The notes below the pieces were generated by a model that was given only the letters and a program-made list of their open reading frames with translations, did not search any database and was not told where the DNA came from. Positions 48,675 through 61,300 of a stretch of DNA of 64,000 nucleotides are shown here, in pieces; positions within the stretch are counted from its first letter, which is position 1; every line of letters begins with the position of its first letter. The position numbers and the translations under genes were made by a program. The DNA is from Phoronis australis (Eukaryota > Animalia > Phoronida), in assembly GCA_002633005.1 (NCBI GenBank), contig NMRA01000535.1, positions 44,912-108,911 on the forward strand. Direction: 5' to 3'.

Positions 48675-51600
48675 GTTTTCCGTATTCACCGTCCCGCACT
48701 ACTTCAACAGTGACCTCTGACATTGAAGAATCAAAAGGTAGGTCAATGTCAACTCGACGTCGTTAGCCGGTTAGATCATCAAACTTTCGGAAAATAGCTT
48801 TAAGTAATACAATTGTAGCAGTTTAAATACCACTCAACATGCAACCAGGTCTCAATCGTAACATCTGGAAAAGGACTGTTAATTGTATGACAGTTCTGTC
48901 TCAGTTTTCAATTTATATATATATATATATATTATATCGTCTGCACCTCAGGCATCGATTCCTCGCCAATATCAAACATTGCTGTCACTGGCCATGACAA
49001 CACCCGATACTATCGGCGACAGTACGAGCAGCAACGGCGACAGTCCCAGCAACACGTGAACCTAACCATGCTACAGAATCCGTAGCCAGCCAGCTAGCTG
49101 TATGAACAAACTGTCGTATATTTAGTATACAGCTTTGTACCAAGGCTACACAATCTGTAGAAACGCTACAACAGGCATATTCGCCGGAGCTGTCATCAAC
49201 GGTGGCACTTTTAACATCTTCGTGAAAACAGACGACGTGTAGACTACGCGCTCCGGTCAATGACCTAGTTCATGAATGAGTGCAGCTACCCAATGAGGAT
49301 TTTACAATGTTATAAATATTCTTGTTACTTGTTTATTTTCGAAATATGATACAAGTTCAATGTACAATAACTGCCGTTTTCATACTTTTTATCAATTTCA
49401 AGTAATAAACCGTTTAAAAGTGTTTTCTTTTACTATAGTAAGTTAGCAACCTAACGCGCACGTACATACACAACAGGTTGTGATTAGCCACGTAAACAGT
49501 CAGGGTGAAGTATTTATAAAATGCCGAAAGAAAACAAAAGAAACTCACGAATTCGATACGTATGGGATATATACATCTAAGAAATTCTCTTCAAGACATG
49601 ACTACTATTTTGTGATATCATGGTTATTCATGTAGAATTTAAACCAACTGCGTGCATACGTGCGACGTATACATGTACCTATGAATGCTAGTATTAATAG
49701 CTGGTGGCGAAGAAAAATGACGTTTCCTATAATTTTGATGAAAGGAGTATACGACTGAAATGACATGACCGCTCTTCCATCACGGAAGTCGTCGACTAGT
49801 TGAAATTATATTTTGACACATTCATGCCAATATATTACTTTCAACCCGTGCGCTAAGAAATGTCTTATAGTTAGAGTGTATGAACTTTCGATTTGGTTTT
49901 ATTTTTCCCTTCGAATTTGGTCTCGAATTTAAAGGTATGATAACCTTCCCAATGTAAACAACGGGAAATAGACATTCTCGGTAGCCCGAAGAGATTTTTT
50001 CGTTAATCATAGTTATCATTACTATGGCGATGCCCTACCCGCAGCACAGTTGTGTGTCTTCGAAATGCTTATGAGCAACATGTTGATACCCAGAACATAC
50101 CTCACAACTCGTATATTTGATTGTTATGTTATTGAGAAAGCGTCCTGCAAAATCGTCTTATCTGGGACGGTCCTAGTTTCGACCAAATGGGATCGTTGGT
50201 CACTAGCGACACCGTTGTGTCAACTATCGCTGACGGTAAGCCCTAATTCGTTGAGGAAGTTGAGGAAGGTCGTGTGCGCGTGATAAACTTCATTAATTGA
50301 CACTTGGTGTCGCATCGCTGAGCGAAGAAAGGGAGAATGGCATAATTTGCTCAACGATATCAGGTACAGCAATTATATATAAAGGTACAACAATTATATA
50401 TAAAGGGACTTGCAACGATATCAGGTACACTTATAGTACGAGTTTCGCTGACGAGGCAATTTGAATCGTGGTAATTATGCGATGAGGTGTAGTTTGCCTC
50501 GTTGGGACGCCGGCGGTGTTACATGAGCTAACGAATACACTGGGATACAGCTGACAAGACACCGAATTTGATGTCCCAATTTGAAACTGCTTTCAAAGTT
50601 ACTGTCGAAAACTCAATACCGTTTCTAAGGAAACCCATACAGCGCTGATGGTTTAATTTTACTTCTTGATGATGTCAAAGAGCGGCTATTGAATTGTCTT
50701 TATTAAGCTTCAAAAATGTACACAGGGTTTGCAAATACCAACCTTATTCTACAGTGTTAGGTAGCATTCGTTATGGGTCAACCAGAATGTCAAAATTACG
50801 GGTGTTCACTCCTGCTATACACTACAATTAACCTTACCAAGTGCTACCTAACCAACAGTTGTCCGTTTTGCCTTCCGTGTTTCTGTGGAATCGCGCGTCA
50901 CTAGAATTCTCATCTCAGAATTGGTGGTCTGTGTAGCAGAAAGCTCACCCAGTCTCCACATTTTCACACAGGGTATGAATGAGGAACCTGTTCCCTTCCG
51001 AAAAGGTTACAAATGGTTCGGTGAATCCTCGAGTCGGTTCTCACAAATTTTGGCGAAAGCGTTTAAATATTCCTGCCAGGCACTTACACAACTAGTGTGG
51101 CTTGAAGGAACTGCAGGGTAACTTAGCCTTTTCACAAAACACATATCAACATGTCCACAACATCGTTGTAACAAAACATCCGCGAGACGGGCTTTGCCTT
51201 GGACGATAAACAGCAGAACAAAAACTAGAATAGTTTGCTGTATTGACATTCGTCGTATAATTTCCTTAAGTGGCGGTGGCCTTTATTTGTCAATTTCTCC
51301 TTGAACGCGAACACCTTTGTGTTGAGAAAAGGTGAACACAACTCACGCTATACCAGTGAAGGAGTGATAGTTTGAAAGGGATGCAACATCCCTGGGGCTT
51401 CTCAAGTTATTGCTGCCGGTAGTACGCATATGCACGCCTCTCTACATGTGACTGCGAAATTGAATGTGCATGTTTTCTCATCTTTGATTTTAAAACGAAT
51501 TCGTCTTTATCTACACACTGCTATAAACTATACCCACAGCTTCTCCGGCTCTTTTTCTCAAATGCTCTCGGACCTTGATCTTTACTACACACTAACTGTT

Positions 51601-53045
51601 TCGGGCATTTTTAAGGGAAACAGCTGGCGAGGCCGCCGAATCCAGTTAACTCCAATGTCAGCCTTTGTTATCAACGATCACAAAAAGACGACACCTCAGA
51701 ATAACCTCTAAAATGCATTTTGCCGCAAAACCGAGTGAGCGTTTTAAAAGATAAGATTAGCCTCAGTCGGTAAATCATTGTCATGTCATAGCGTGACGAA
51801 ATACTATACCTTGGTACCATTTTCTTCTTTGGCTGCAAAATAGTACTCCGGTTTATTTTCTCCGTCAAAATTATCCGCCAGTGTGAGTTTTCGACGGAAC
51901 CAACAATTCAGCATGACCAAAACATGAACTATAGTCTCTGGCTTAGTACCACAAAGAGTACATATTTATTAAAAATGTTGGGGGGAAAATCCGCCACGTA
52001 AACCAAGAAGCACCCTTTAAAGATTGCCTAACCTGAGCTTGCAGCAATTGTCCTGACATTCGAGCCCATCATGTGAAATGCGTCACAGCAAACGTAAATG
52101 GAATAAAGGACACCGTTCTTAATGGGGCACAGTATAATGAATTACTTACGTTATTCTCGTTTCACGCTAAGTGATTTATTCTGGGTTTGCTAGCAGATTT
52201 CTCCAGGGACGCCTCGACGATAAATGTGATATTGCCGCGCTTCTCATCAATCGATCCCCCTATTGAAAAACCACCTTCATCAGTGAATAGATATTGACGC
52301 ACTCCGCTAATGGTATCCGAATGAAGTATCGTAGGATCGTCATTGTCTTACAGCGTTTAATTGTCTGCGAACCATGTCAGCCTGAAGTTAATTAGGGAAA
52401 TAGTATCGATCAGCGGCAGGGTTCATACCTCAAAGCTCGCGTGTAACCGAAATGTGAAACATGTTGTTTGTCCAGTTGCCCATTCTTCAAACTTGAATTG
52501 AAAAGAAAATCAATCATGGAAATTACTGGTGTAAACATTTACAAAAAATCCGAATTTAAATTTATGCCACCGTGCTGATATTGATGATTTCTTAGAGAAT
52601 GTGTTTTATAAATGGATAAATACACTGCAAAAGTTTATTGAACAGGTTCGTACAGATGTTACATAAATTAGCTTCAATAAATACAAGCAGACCTGCTCGT
52701 TTGCACGATGGTAGCGTAAAATGATGACGCTGGTAATTAAACACCTGTTTTTTCATTGAGACCGTCTACTCACTGTTGCTCCAGCCTGCATTGTCTTTAA
52801 GTGCGTTTTATTGACATCCATTATTGCCATCCGTTCTGGTTTACACAGAATTGCTAAAATGAGTTACGGGTCTCCAGCAAAGTTTCAGAACATGACCTCG
52901 AGTGTACGTCACGCAACCTTGTTGATTTCGAGTGAAATGGACGGTGACAAATTGTGTATCGGCGGTAGCCAAAATCAACCCCAGAAGCGGCTGTTTGATT
53001 AACACAGAGTGACTTCCTAAAACCGCTCTGAGGTGGTGGCGTATT

Positions 53046-53270
53046 ACAAATATTATTAAAATCTCTTGGTCTATTTACACCGACCTCTAGTCTATATACA
53101 CTGTTACGACGTTTCGGTCGGTCTCTTCTCCGGCCATCATCAGTGTTCCCGCGTTCTTAGAAGAACGAGCACGGATACGTGGTGCACTCATGGTGTGATT
53201 TTTTGTGCGTGACAGTGTACATAGACTAGAGGTTGGTGTAAATAGACCAAGAGATTTTAATAATAGTTGT
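53046..53270 (-). mobile_element. Penelope-like terminal-repeat remnant: ~63-bp inverted arms around a minimal hammerhead motif
   Basis: Arms 53046-53108 and 53208-53270 are near-perfect reverse complements. Minus strand 53143-53108 reads CTGATGA-T-GGCCGG-loop-CCGACC-GAAACGTC. Confidence 0.7.
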
Positions 53271-54048
53271 ACCACAGAGTGTTTTTAATTACGTCATCAG
53301 TACCCGGAAGTGCGCCATGTAGGAGAACAAGCAATGGCGGTGGTCAATGACAGCAATCCAAGTTATCGCGAATTTTTAGCTGCTGGTGATCGGCGTGCGT
53401 ATGACTACTATTGACATTTATAGGAGGCATAGACACCTATAAAATTCAGACATCGGAACGGGGAAACTGGGGACGGGGGCATAGAGACAGGAGAACAAAG
53501 AGACTGGGAAACGTGTTGTTTTGGGATCGGTTATTTTGTCTTACTGTGTTTAACATGCGTGATGAGTTAATGCGTGAAACAAACTCACATCAATAGATCT
53601 AGAAACACCCAGCATCCTAATTCGAAACGTTTGCACGGACTCCAACTTGCTCTGCGGCCGCTTGCTTTCGACCTTGGGGTCAAAATTCACTCCACGCAAA
53701 ATGGATGATACCGGTAATTGACCAATTTTACCGCATTGCGGCAATAGGTCAGGCCCAATAAAGGGAAGCGAAGGTTGGTTTTCTATGAAAATAAGGTCGA
53801 ATATCTCCCGTCAAATCATATTTCGTAACATTTTAACTTAAATCGGATATTCTACATTGAAAATAAAAATTCTTCGTCCGGTTATACAAATGTAACCAAA
53901 CAGTTGCGAGCGCAAAAGAAAGTTTGACGCTTTTGAAATCTGTGGATTTGGCAATTCACAGTGAAGTAATTTAGAATCTTCCTTATATTTTTAGCAAAAA
54001 ATCCTGAAATTTGTACATTCCTTTTTTATAGCAGTGTTTATCAAAATG

Positions 54049-55780
54049 TATCAAAGATGGCCTCACCGTTTCTTTTTAACTATCTCAGGATCTCGAGATC
54101 CTGACTTAATTATCTTGGGATTTCAAGATCCCGATATAATTATCTCAGGATCTCGAGATTTCGAGATAACTTTCCTCGGCGTTGTCATTGATGTTTTGTT
54201 GCTATGATACGTCCTGATAACTACTTTACACTGCGCGAGTCAAGATTTTAGATGGCCTGATGATGACGATGTTTGAGACATGGCAACATGTTGAAGTATA
54301 TTGTCATTCACTTGTCTTCGTTGAGACATGGCAACATGTTGAAGTATATTGTCATTCACTTGTCTTCGTTGAGACCATAAACGTTATACCTCTTCACGCC
54401 AGATAGGATCGCGTGTGCTTTACAAACGTTGAAAGTTGAGTCATCTCCATTGTTACGTAAAGTGGAGAAATTTTCCAGTGCAACTGGAAGCGCCAGGGTA
54501 GTATTCGGCTGTTTTTCGGGCAAGGATGCCGCTGAAATACTATTTTACCTTTAGAAGTATATTTTATTTTCTTGTACAAAATGCCTTCAACTCATGATAT
54601 ACGCAGTTGTACATTATTCAAAGTTACGTAATTTTTTCGTCTCTTCTATTACCTGCTGTCACATACATGCACGTAGCAATTTTTATAAACAGTTCCCGTA
54701 AAATTTTGATGACCCCTCGTGGATTTCTTAGTTGTAATCCTTGTCCAACAGTGGTCGACCAGCTCAAACCTCTGGAACATTTTTTTTGTTTTTTCGTTCA
54801 CCGACGAGTCCCCTTAACTGCCACGGGTACCGGGGTTGTGGATCCTCCTGTCCACCGCCTCTCGACGCCCCTGACCATGTATTTAATTTAGATTGCTTCG
54901 AGCATTCGTTGTGGAAACCACGATTTATTAGTTGAGACCGGTGGGCATTTGAAAACAGACTAGAATATGCCTTTTCTACTTCAGACGAATTGTATTTAAC
55001 CAAAGTGGGTCAGTATTACAAAACACTGACATTCAAATGCATGTCGCACGCAAAACCCATCAATACAACCGTGTGTGCACAAGTGAAACGGCTCAAGCTT
55101 GTCCCAACCGCTGATGTGCCACACCTGATTCGGGCCACCGCCTTGAACCAACCTTCTCTGCCTCTGAAATTGCACTCCAACAGGGCCCAGGAAATTAAGC
55201 ACCTGGCGCACAATTTTCTTGTCAGATAATATTCCATTTACCTTGGTAATTTTGATGTGCATGGCGATAACCATGATTTTCTCCTGTTACTACTACGTCT
55301 CATGCGACAACGTCACAAGCAGCACCAGCTATGTTGTTTGTTGCTTTGCCTACTTGTGCCTCGGCTTCTTAAGATGCGCCTCAGTGTTTTAATCTGCCGG
55401 TGTAGTCAAGATTCTTTTGCAACAACAATAGAATTTTCAAGTGCTTGCATCCAAGATTACGGTACTCTTCAATCAAGTCATTCCTGCTTCTTTGAGCAAC
55501 TCGTGGAAGGTAATCAAATATTCTAGACATTGTGCAAATAACTTGTGACGTTTTCAACCCGGTTGAAAATGTTCTTTTTTCTTTAAGTCGGCACCATAGA
55601 CATCATAATAACGTGATGTCCATGGTTGGCACTTACTTTGACCTCGTTATCAAGTTTCTTTTACGTACAGCCACACATTGAGCAAAATTATCTCGAGATC
55701 TTGACACAATTACGTCGGGGATCTCCAGAAACAGTGATCATTAAAAAATAAACACGCGATGTCATCTTTGGGCCACGGTA
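54049..55780 (-). mobile_element. IS3EU-like DNA transposon relic with integrase-core pseudogene
   Basis: GPNQVWHISGWDKLEPFHLCTHGCIDGF (ORF 54996-55274) matches the GPN..WHiDG.DKL..HGcIDG motif. Subterminal ATCTCGAGAT repeats at both ends; right terminus ..GGGCCACGGTA. The left terminus is eroded. Confidence 0.72.
54272..54375. repeat. 48-bp tandem duplication
   Basis: TTGAGACATGGCAACATGTTGAAGTATATTGTCATTCACTTGTCTTCG occurs twice. Confidence 0.9.
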
Positions 55781-56989
55781 TGTATTGTGGAAATTTTAAC
55801 AAGAGGTGAACAGCTAACTCAACCAATATCAGTGACAGAAAAAAAGACTGTATTGGGGAAAACAAATGCAAATACGGGACTTAGGTCAAAGGTCTATATA
55901 ACCATCCACATATATTAAATCTTGGAAAGCTGTTAGAAATTTAAAGCTCGGAAGTCAGCACAAATTTTGAACGAATTTTTGGGGAACTAATGCTAATACT
56001 GATTCTCAAAATTAATGAAAATTACCGTTAATGAAAATCCGTCTAAAACCTCGAAAGATACGAAGACGAACGTAAAAAATTGCCATTGGAAACCACAGTG
56101 GACCAGAATGCAATTGCAAAATTTCAAAAACATCTCGAAATGGATGTAGGAGATACAACCGTTGACGCGAAAAAAATGTAACTGGGAAGCACCGAAGTAC
56201 TTGAACCCGTCTGAAAATCCGCGCCAGTCATAGTCTTGTCAGCAGGAACACATTTACCAATGGTCATAATGATCCTCTGCGCGGCTTGGCACAGATAAAG
56301 AAGCAGAAGACAAATAACAGTTGACTCGAAAATAATTAAAATGGTTACTAGCTGGTGCAGAATACGTCGATTGGATCAAAAAGTGAAAAGGTGCTGCCGC
56401 TTTGTGATGGAAACTTGTTTGCAAAATTTCATGAGAAAGTATCAATGAACTTTGAAGTTTCAGAGACAAACGTAAAATTGAAACTGCCACTAGATAGCGT
56501 ACCTGCAGATGGACTGGTCTGAAACTCGTCGTCATCTGTTGCCATCTCCATAGGAGCACATCTGCTAAAGGAGATACACCCGTACAGGCAACAAAAATTA
56601 CCACAAGGGGCGCCAGAATAGCCAAACACGCCCGAAAATAAACGTCAGCGTCCGTCTTCTCATCAGCATCACATCTTCCAATTTTAATGATCCTTCAAGC
56701 GGTTTAGTGGATGGAGAGGGGGGGGGCGTTAAAAACGTACTAAACATTTTAAATTGGACATCGCGTGAAGTAGAATACAAATGAGATAGAAACCTATTTG
56801 AAAAATTTCATGATAACAAAAACAGCTTCTATACGTTAAATCTATCCCAAAGCCTTAACCGGTAGTCGTCTTTTCAATAGAAACCTATACTAAATTTCAT
56901 AAAGGTGCTTCAAAGATACAGAAGACAACGACAGGCACATCGGTACTTGGATTCGTTCAAATGTTGTTCCTTACCAAATTCAAAGATCT

Positions 56990-57320
56990 GAAACTAGACA
57001 GACCAACAACCGTGGGAGAACATATTTTGGCGACTGGGCATGTCGTCCACCCAGGATCCTAGCCAAGGAACAAAATTGGTATACTCGTAAGCTCAAAGAG
57101 CCCATAAACATCAACAGTCAGCGCCCCCTCTTGAACCGAGACAGAGGACTCCACCTACCCCCGTGTACGCCAGCATTCTTAACGAGCGTAAGGCGGGAAA
57201 TCCCTCATTCATCAACAAAGACCTGGCGGACCAGGTCGAAACGTCTGCCAACAGCCAAGCACGTCTCTAAGTAAGTGAACATTTTATATACAATGCCTCT
57301 AGAGACCAATGACGAACCTA
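56990..57320 (+). mobile_element. Penelope-like element 3' fragment (GIY-YIG C-terminus plus terminal repeat)
   Basis: Manual translation gives TVGEHILATGH and ILAKEQNWYTRKLKEPINI..PLLNRDRGLHLP; hairpin GACCTGG-cgga-CCAGGTC followed by GAAACGTC. Confidence 0.8.
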
Positions 57321-57334
57321 TTCTCCAGGATCCC

Positions 57335-58060
57335 TACAACATGTCCTGTCCAGTTGCAGGGTGGCCCTGGCAGAGGGGAAGTATACTTGGCGTCACAACA
57401 AGGTCCTTAAGGAAATTTCCCACACACTAAACCTAGAGAGAAGAACCAAGTGGAAGGTAGTGAAGAAGTTTAACGACTTTACGGCAGCTGGCTGCAAGAG
57501 GGGTATCAGGAACACACGAGGAATCTTATCTATGTCTAATGATTGATACGTGGAGGCAGATTTGGGGAAACAAGCAGATTCCCTTCCCATATAGCTTCCG
57601 ACGTCTGTAAGACCTGACATTATTTTGTGCTCAGATACGGCGAAGGTGGTAGTCTTGGTGGAGTTAACTGTGCCATGGGAAACCAGGATACAGGAAGTCA
57701 AGGAGAGGAAAGCATTGAAGCACAGCGCGCTGAGCCATGTATGCTCGAGGAATGGATGGAGGTGCTTCTGTTTACCAGTTGAGGTAGGAGCTAGAGGTTA
57801 TGCGGCATCAAGCATGTGGAGGATGCCTCGGATGCTGGGAATTTCAAATCAAGGAAGTCTATGATGAAGTCGGTGTCAGCCAAAGCGGAATCGGCATCAT
57901 CATGGTTGTAGTTACAGAAGATCAAACAGTGGCAGAATCCCCGTCAAACCGGAGCCTGATCAACTTCCGGGGCCTGGCGTTGGAGCGTGTTCAAGTTTAA
58001 GGCCGAAACATGCTGTGAAGACGTCATCTTGCTGATGATTGACGGGGCAGCAGAGAAACA
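57335..58060 (+). mobile_element. 3' fragment of an RLE-type non-LTR retrotransposon, HERO-like, decayed
   Basis: HVLSSC..YTWRHNKVL, RPDIIL, VELTVPWE, K..K and PVEVGARG restriction-like endonuclease motifs, with internal stops. Confidence 0.85.
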
Positions 58061-58274
58061 TCGTCTGTTTAAAATAAGTTTTAAGTTCGTCAAATTCACT
58101 CTCTAAGTCTTCGTAACTTACAAAATCACTACTATCCGCCATTGCATATATTCTGTCGACCAATCAACGTCTTCCTCTGATGACATCACGTGGCGGGAAA
58201 CCAAAAAATCATTAATTTTTCTTTAATTCAAAATTCCTCAATTATGCGCACATGCCAAATTTTGAGTGGGGTTT

Positions 58275-58335
58275 TGCTCCGGCGGCAGGGCGTTACACTT
58301 TGACCGCGGGGTTCGATTCCGCGCTGAGACTGATC
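58275..58335 (+). other. Possible tRNA-derived SINE head
   Basis: B-box GGTTCGATTCC inside a CGCGG..CCGCG stem; no full cloverleaf or clear A box. Confidence 0.35.
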
Positions 58336-61300
58336 TCAGAACTGAAGGTCACTTTTAGCCTGTAATGAAATTTGATGCATTGCGTTTTTCGTTCATGGAT
58401 GTATTGATATGTATTTGGGATAAAATGTGACTATTTTAGTCATGAATTTTAAATCACCTACTTATTATTAATGTTTAACTATACGTACGCTGGAGTCACA
58501 AGCATTGGTTCCTGCATTGGGCTCGATCGATATTGAGCAAAGCAACTACGTGTCGGAGATGTATTTTGAAGTTTCAAACCGATAAATACCACTGAACTCA
58601 TGTGTCAACGAGGGATTGATGACTGTAACGTAACATTCCTAGATATAAAACATTCTACATTATATATGATGTAAGCTCATTTCTAACGGTGCTTTGACCG
58701 TAGGAAAGTAGAGACGATTTAAAAGGGCAGGAGCCTTTCTGAATTTGGTTTCTTTGTTGTAATTGTTGGACTTCACGAAGTTCGTGGACTGGTATAAATG
58801 CCTGCGAATCTGAGATGTAAGCAATGACGGGACAGACAAAAAATGAGTATTGGTTTAAAGTCGTCCAACCTGTGTCCAGGTAATTAAAAATAGTATAAAT
58901 AGCATTGTCTGCTGCAACGCCCTATTCGTGTCAGTATCCGCGAATCTGAGATTGAATACAAAAATGGAAGTAAACAGACTCAAAGAGAAATTTGGAAATG
59001 CAGTATTTTCATGTTAAGAGTATTTCTTTCCTTTGCTAAGAAGCAAAATAGGATTTGCTATTAGCGGAATTTTTAATTGTCAGTTAGTAGAGTAGCAGTG
59101 AAATATCCTTTCAAGCAATGTCACTGGTGGATTATTTCACAGATGATCAAGATGAATCATTTGTCTACGATCAAAACGTGAAGGGGCACCTTTTAATCAA
59201 ACCTAGGCGGAATTACGGGGTGGGGCGAGGCGGAATATGGGGGTGGGGCGCATGGGCTGAACCCGATTCCCCCCCTCGGTAGATACGACTGAAATACGTA
59301 ACGTCGACGATACGCCGTATTTAGGGCTTACGAGAACAACTTGACTTTGAAACGTGGTGCCANCCCCCCCCTCCCCTTCCACTTTCGACGTCCTATAAAT
59401 ACACCATCAGTTATGTACATCTACTATTGTTTTGATTCCCACCATTGGTTTTTGCCAGGTAAACAATCTAGGACTAAGTAATTAACAGTTAAACAATAAT
59501 CAATATCCTTGTGGGAAGTTTTGAACTGAAGTCTTGACAGCCAATTACGGCCTACTCGTGCACATGTCAACGACTTAAAATGACACCAGTTGTCATTTAT
59601 GGAATCAGGCTTCAGTGCTGGCACTTGCTAACTGCCTTCATTTTGTGATAACTCAAACCTGTTGCATGGAAATGATATCGGGTCACAAGTTTCCAAGGTC
59701 TCTAAACATACATACATACAGGAAGACATCTTCCCGATACGTGTACAGTTTGAAAATAATCTGTCAATCTGAACAATAAGTGTTGCTTGCAGGTAATGTT
59801 TAAAAGTGTACCACAGATGCGCTGCACATTCAAAGTACAGATCACATGCATGACAATCGCATCAGTATAGTTGGCAACAAGAGAAATGAGTAGCCGGAAG
59901 GCTGAGACTACCAAACAATGGAAAGACTGCCGAGATAACTGCTTTCACTACACACCCGGTTAGGTTTGTAGGTTGCTTTCAGACCAATGGAGACCAATAA
60001 GAATGTGACGAAAACATATTCAGAAAACATGGAACCTTAGCCGGAGCAGGAAGTGCTACGTCGTGTGTCATGCCCACAACGTAACACACCCCAGGTTTCT
60101 CCTGTAAATTCTTCCCTTTCGCGCGGCTAGTCAAAACTACCCATACCTCCAATGCAAACATCTGAGAAATAATAAGTCAGAGAGACAAAAATATCCGCCT
60201 GCAGTCAACTGCACGGCCGGCATACCTACCCCGTGGGAGAGCTCCGGCCGGGACAACAAAATAATGTAGCCTTCACCGAAATACCACTCATTTGGTTAGT
60301 TTCCTCATTAGACTTTTACTGAAACAACAAGAAGTGAGAGGACGAGCCTCGAGGAGGGAGGGAGAGAGAAAGAGTCAGTCAAATGAATTTAAGAAACTCG
60401 CATTATTTCTAACTGCAATAGACGTCATTGCTTGGTGAGAACACGATGACAATTTACCCCGGCCGACACAACACCAGTTTACGAGCTGTGACAGGCCGCC
60501 TCCATTGGTTAACATTGCACAGTTGGTTTTCCACACAAACGAAAAGATAGTGCAATTGAAGCAAACAATTCCCGTCCTTCATACCTTTATCTCCGATCGC
60601 TTGGCACTAGCTGTAAATTCCATTTTTGTCGGTGTCACGGAGTTCTACTCGTAAGCCTAGTTCTATCAACATCGCCCGACGAATTGTAAACTCTTATCCT
60701 TTATCCGTCTACGTTCGTTGACAAGCTGAAGTTGCCACTGTTAATCGGGGTCGATCCCTGGTTCAACGTGAATAACTCACAAAGCAATAGACAATTAACT
60801 AACTTACGTTGCACAATATACCCGTGCAGTTCTCCTTCTTGAGTCGTCACCAGTGTTCAATGCAGACCTACTTGTGTATTCGGTCTCGATGAGTTTAATC
60901 ACAACACTAAGTAGTAGAGGAGAACTTATTGAGTTATATTGATTGGGTAATATTGGGTAACCCCATTCACACGCATTTATTGGTCTAAATCGTTTGAACA
61001 ATTAGCTGTGGGCTAATATGGTGCCCGGTGTCGAAGATGTACGTGTCTCCATGTTGTGATAATCTGTCGCCCGAACAATGCAGTGGCTTCACTGCAGTTC
61101 GAAGTTTACTAGTAAATATAGCTCATGCCGTGGTGTACAGGAGACGGTAATTCGAAATTGGCACATACGGTATAGTTTACTGAGTTTTGCTCCTAACAAG
61201 TTGCAGGTGTTCAAACTTATAGTTACACAGGATAGCAACACCAATTCTCACACCACAAACCGCACTGTTAGACATTTTGAGCCATTATGGACTAGAATCA

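Noticed and set aside
56254-56780. Overlapping minus-strand ORFs with hydrophobic or Cys-rich starts
   Set aside because: Non-ATG starts, conflicting frames and no recognisable motif.
58275-58335. tRNA gene
   Set aside because: Only a T-arm/B-box is present; there is no acceptor stem or anticodon arm.
61015-61040. TGGTGCCCGGTGT as an LTR primer-binding site
   Set aside because: No LTR pair or gag/pol remnant nearby, and the tRNA match is imperfect.
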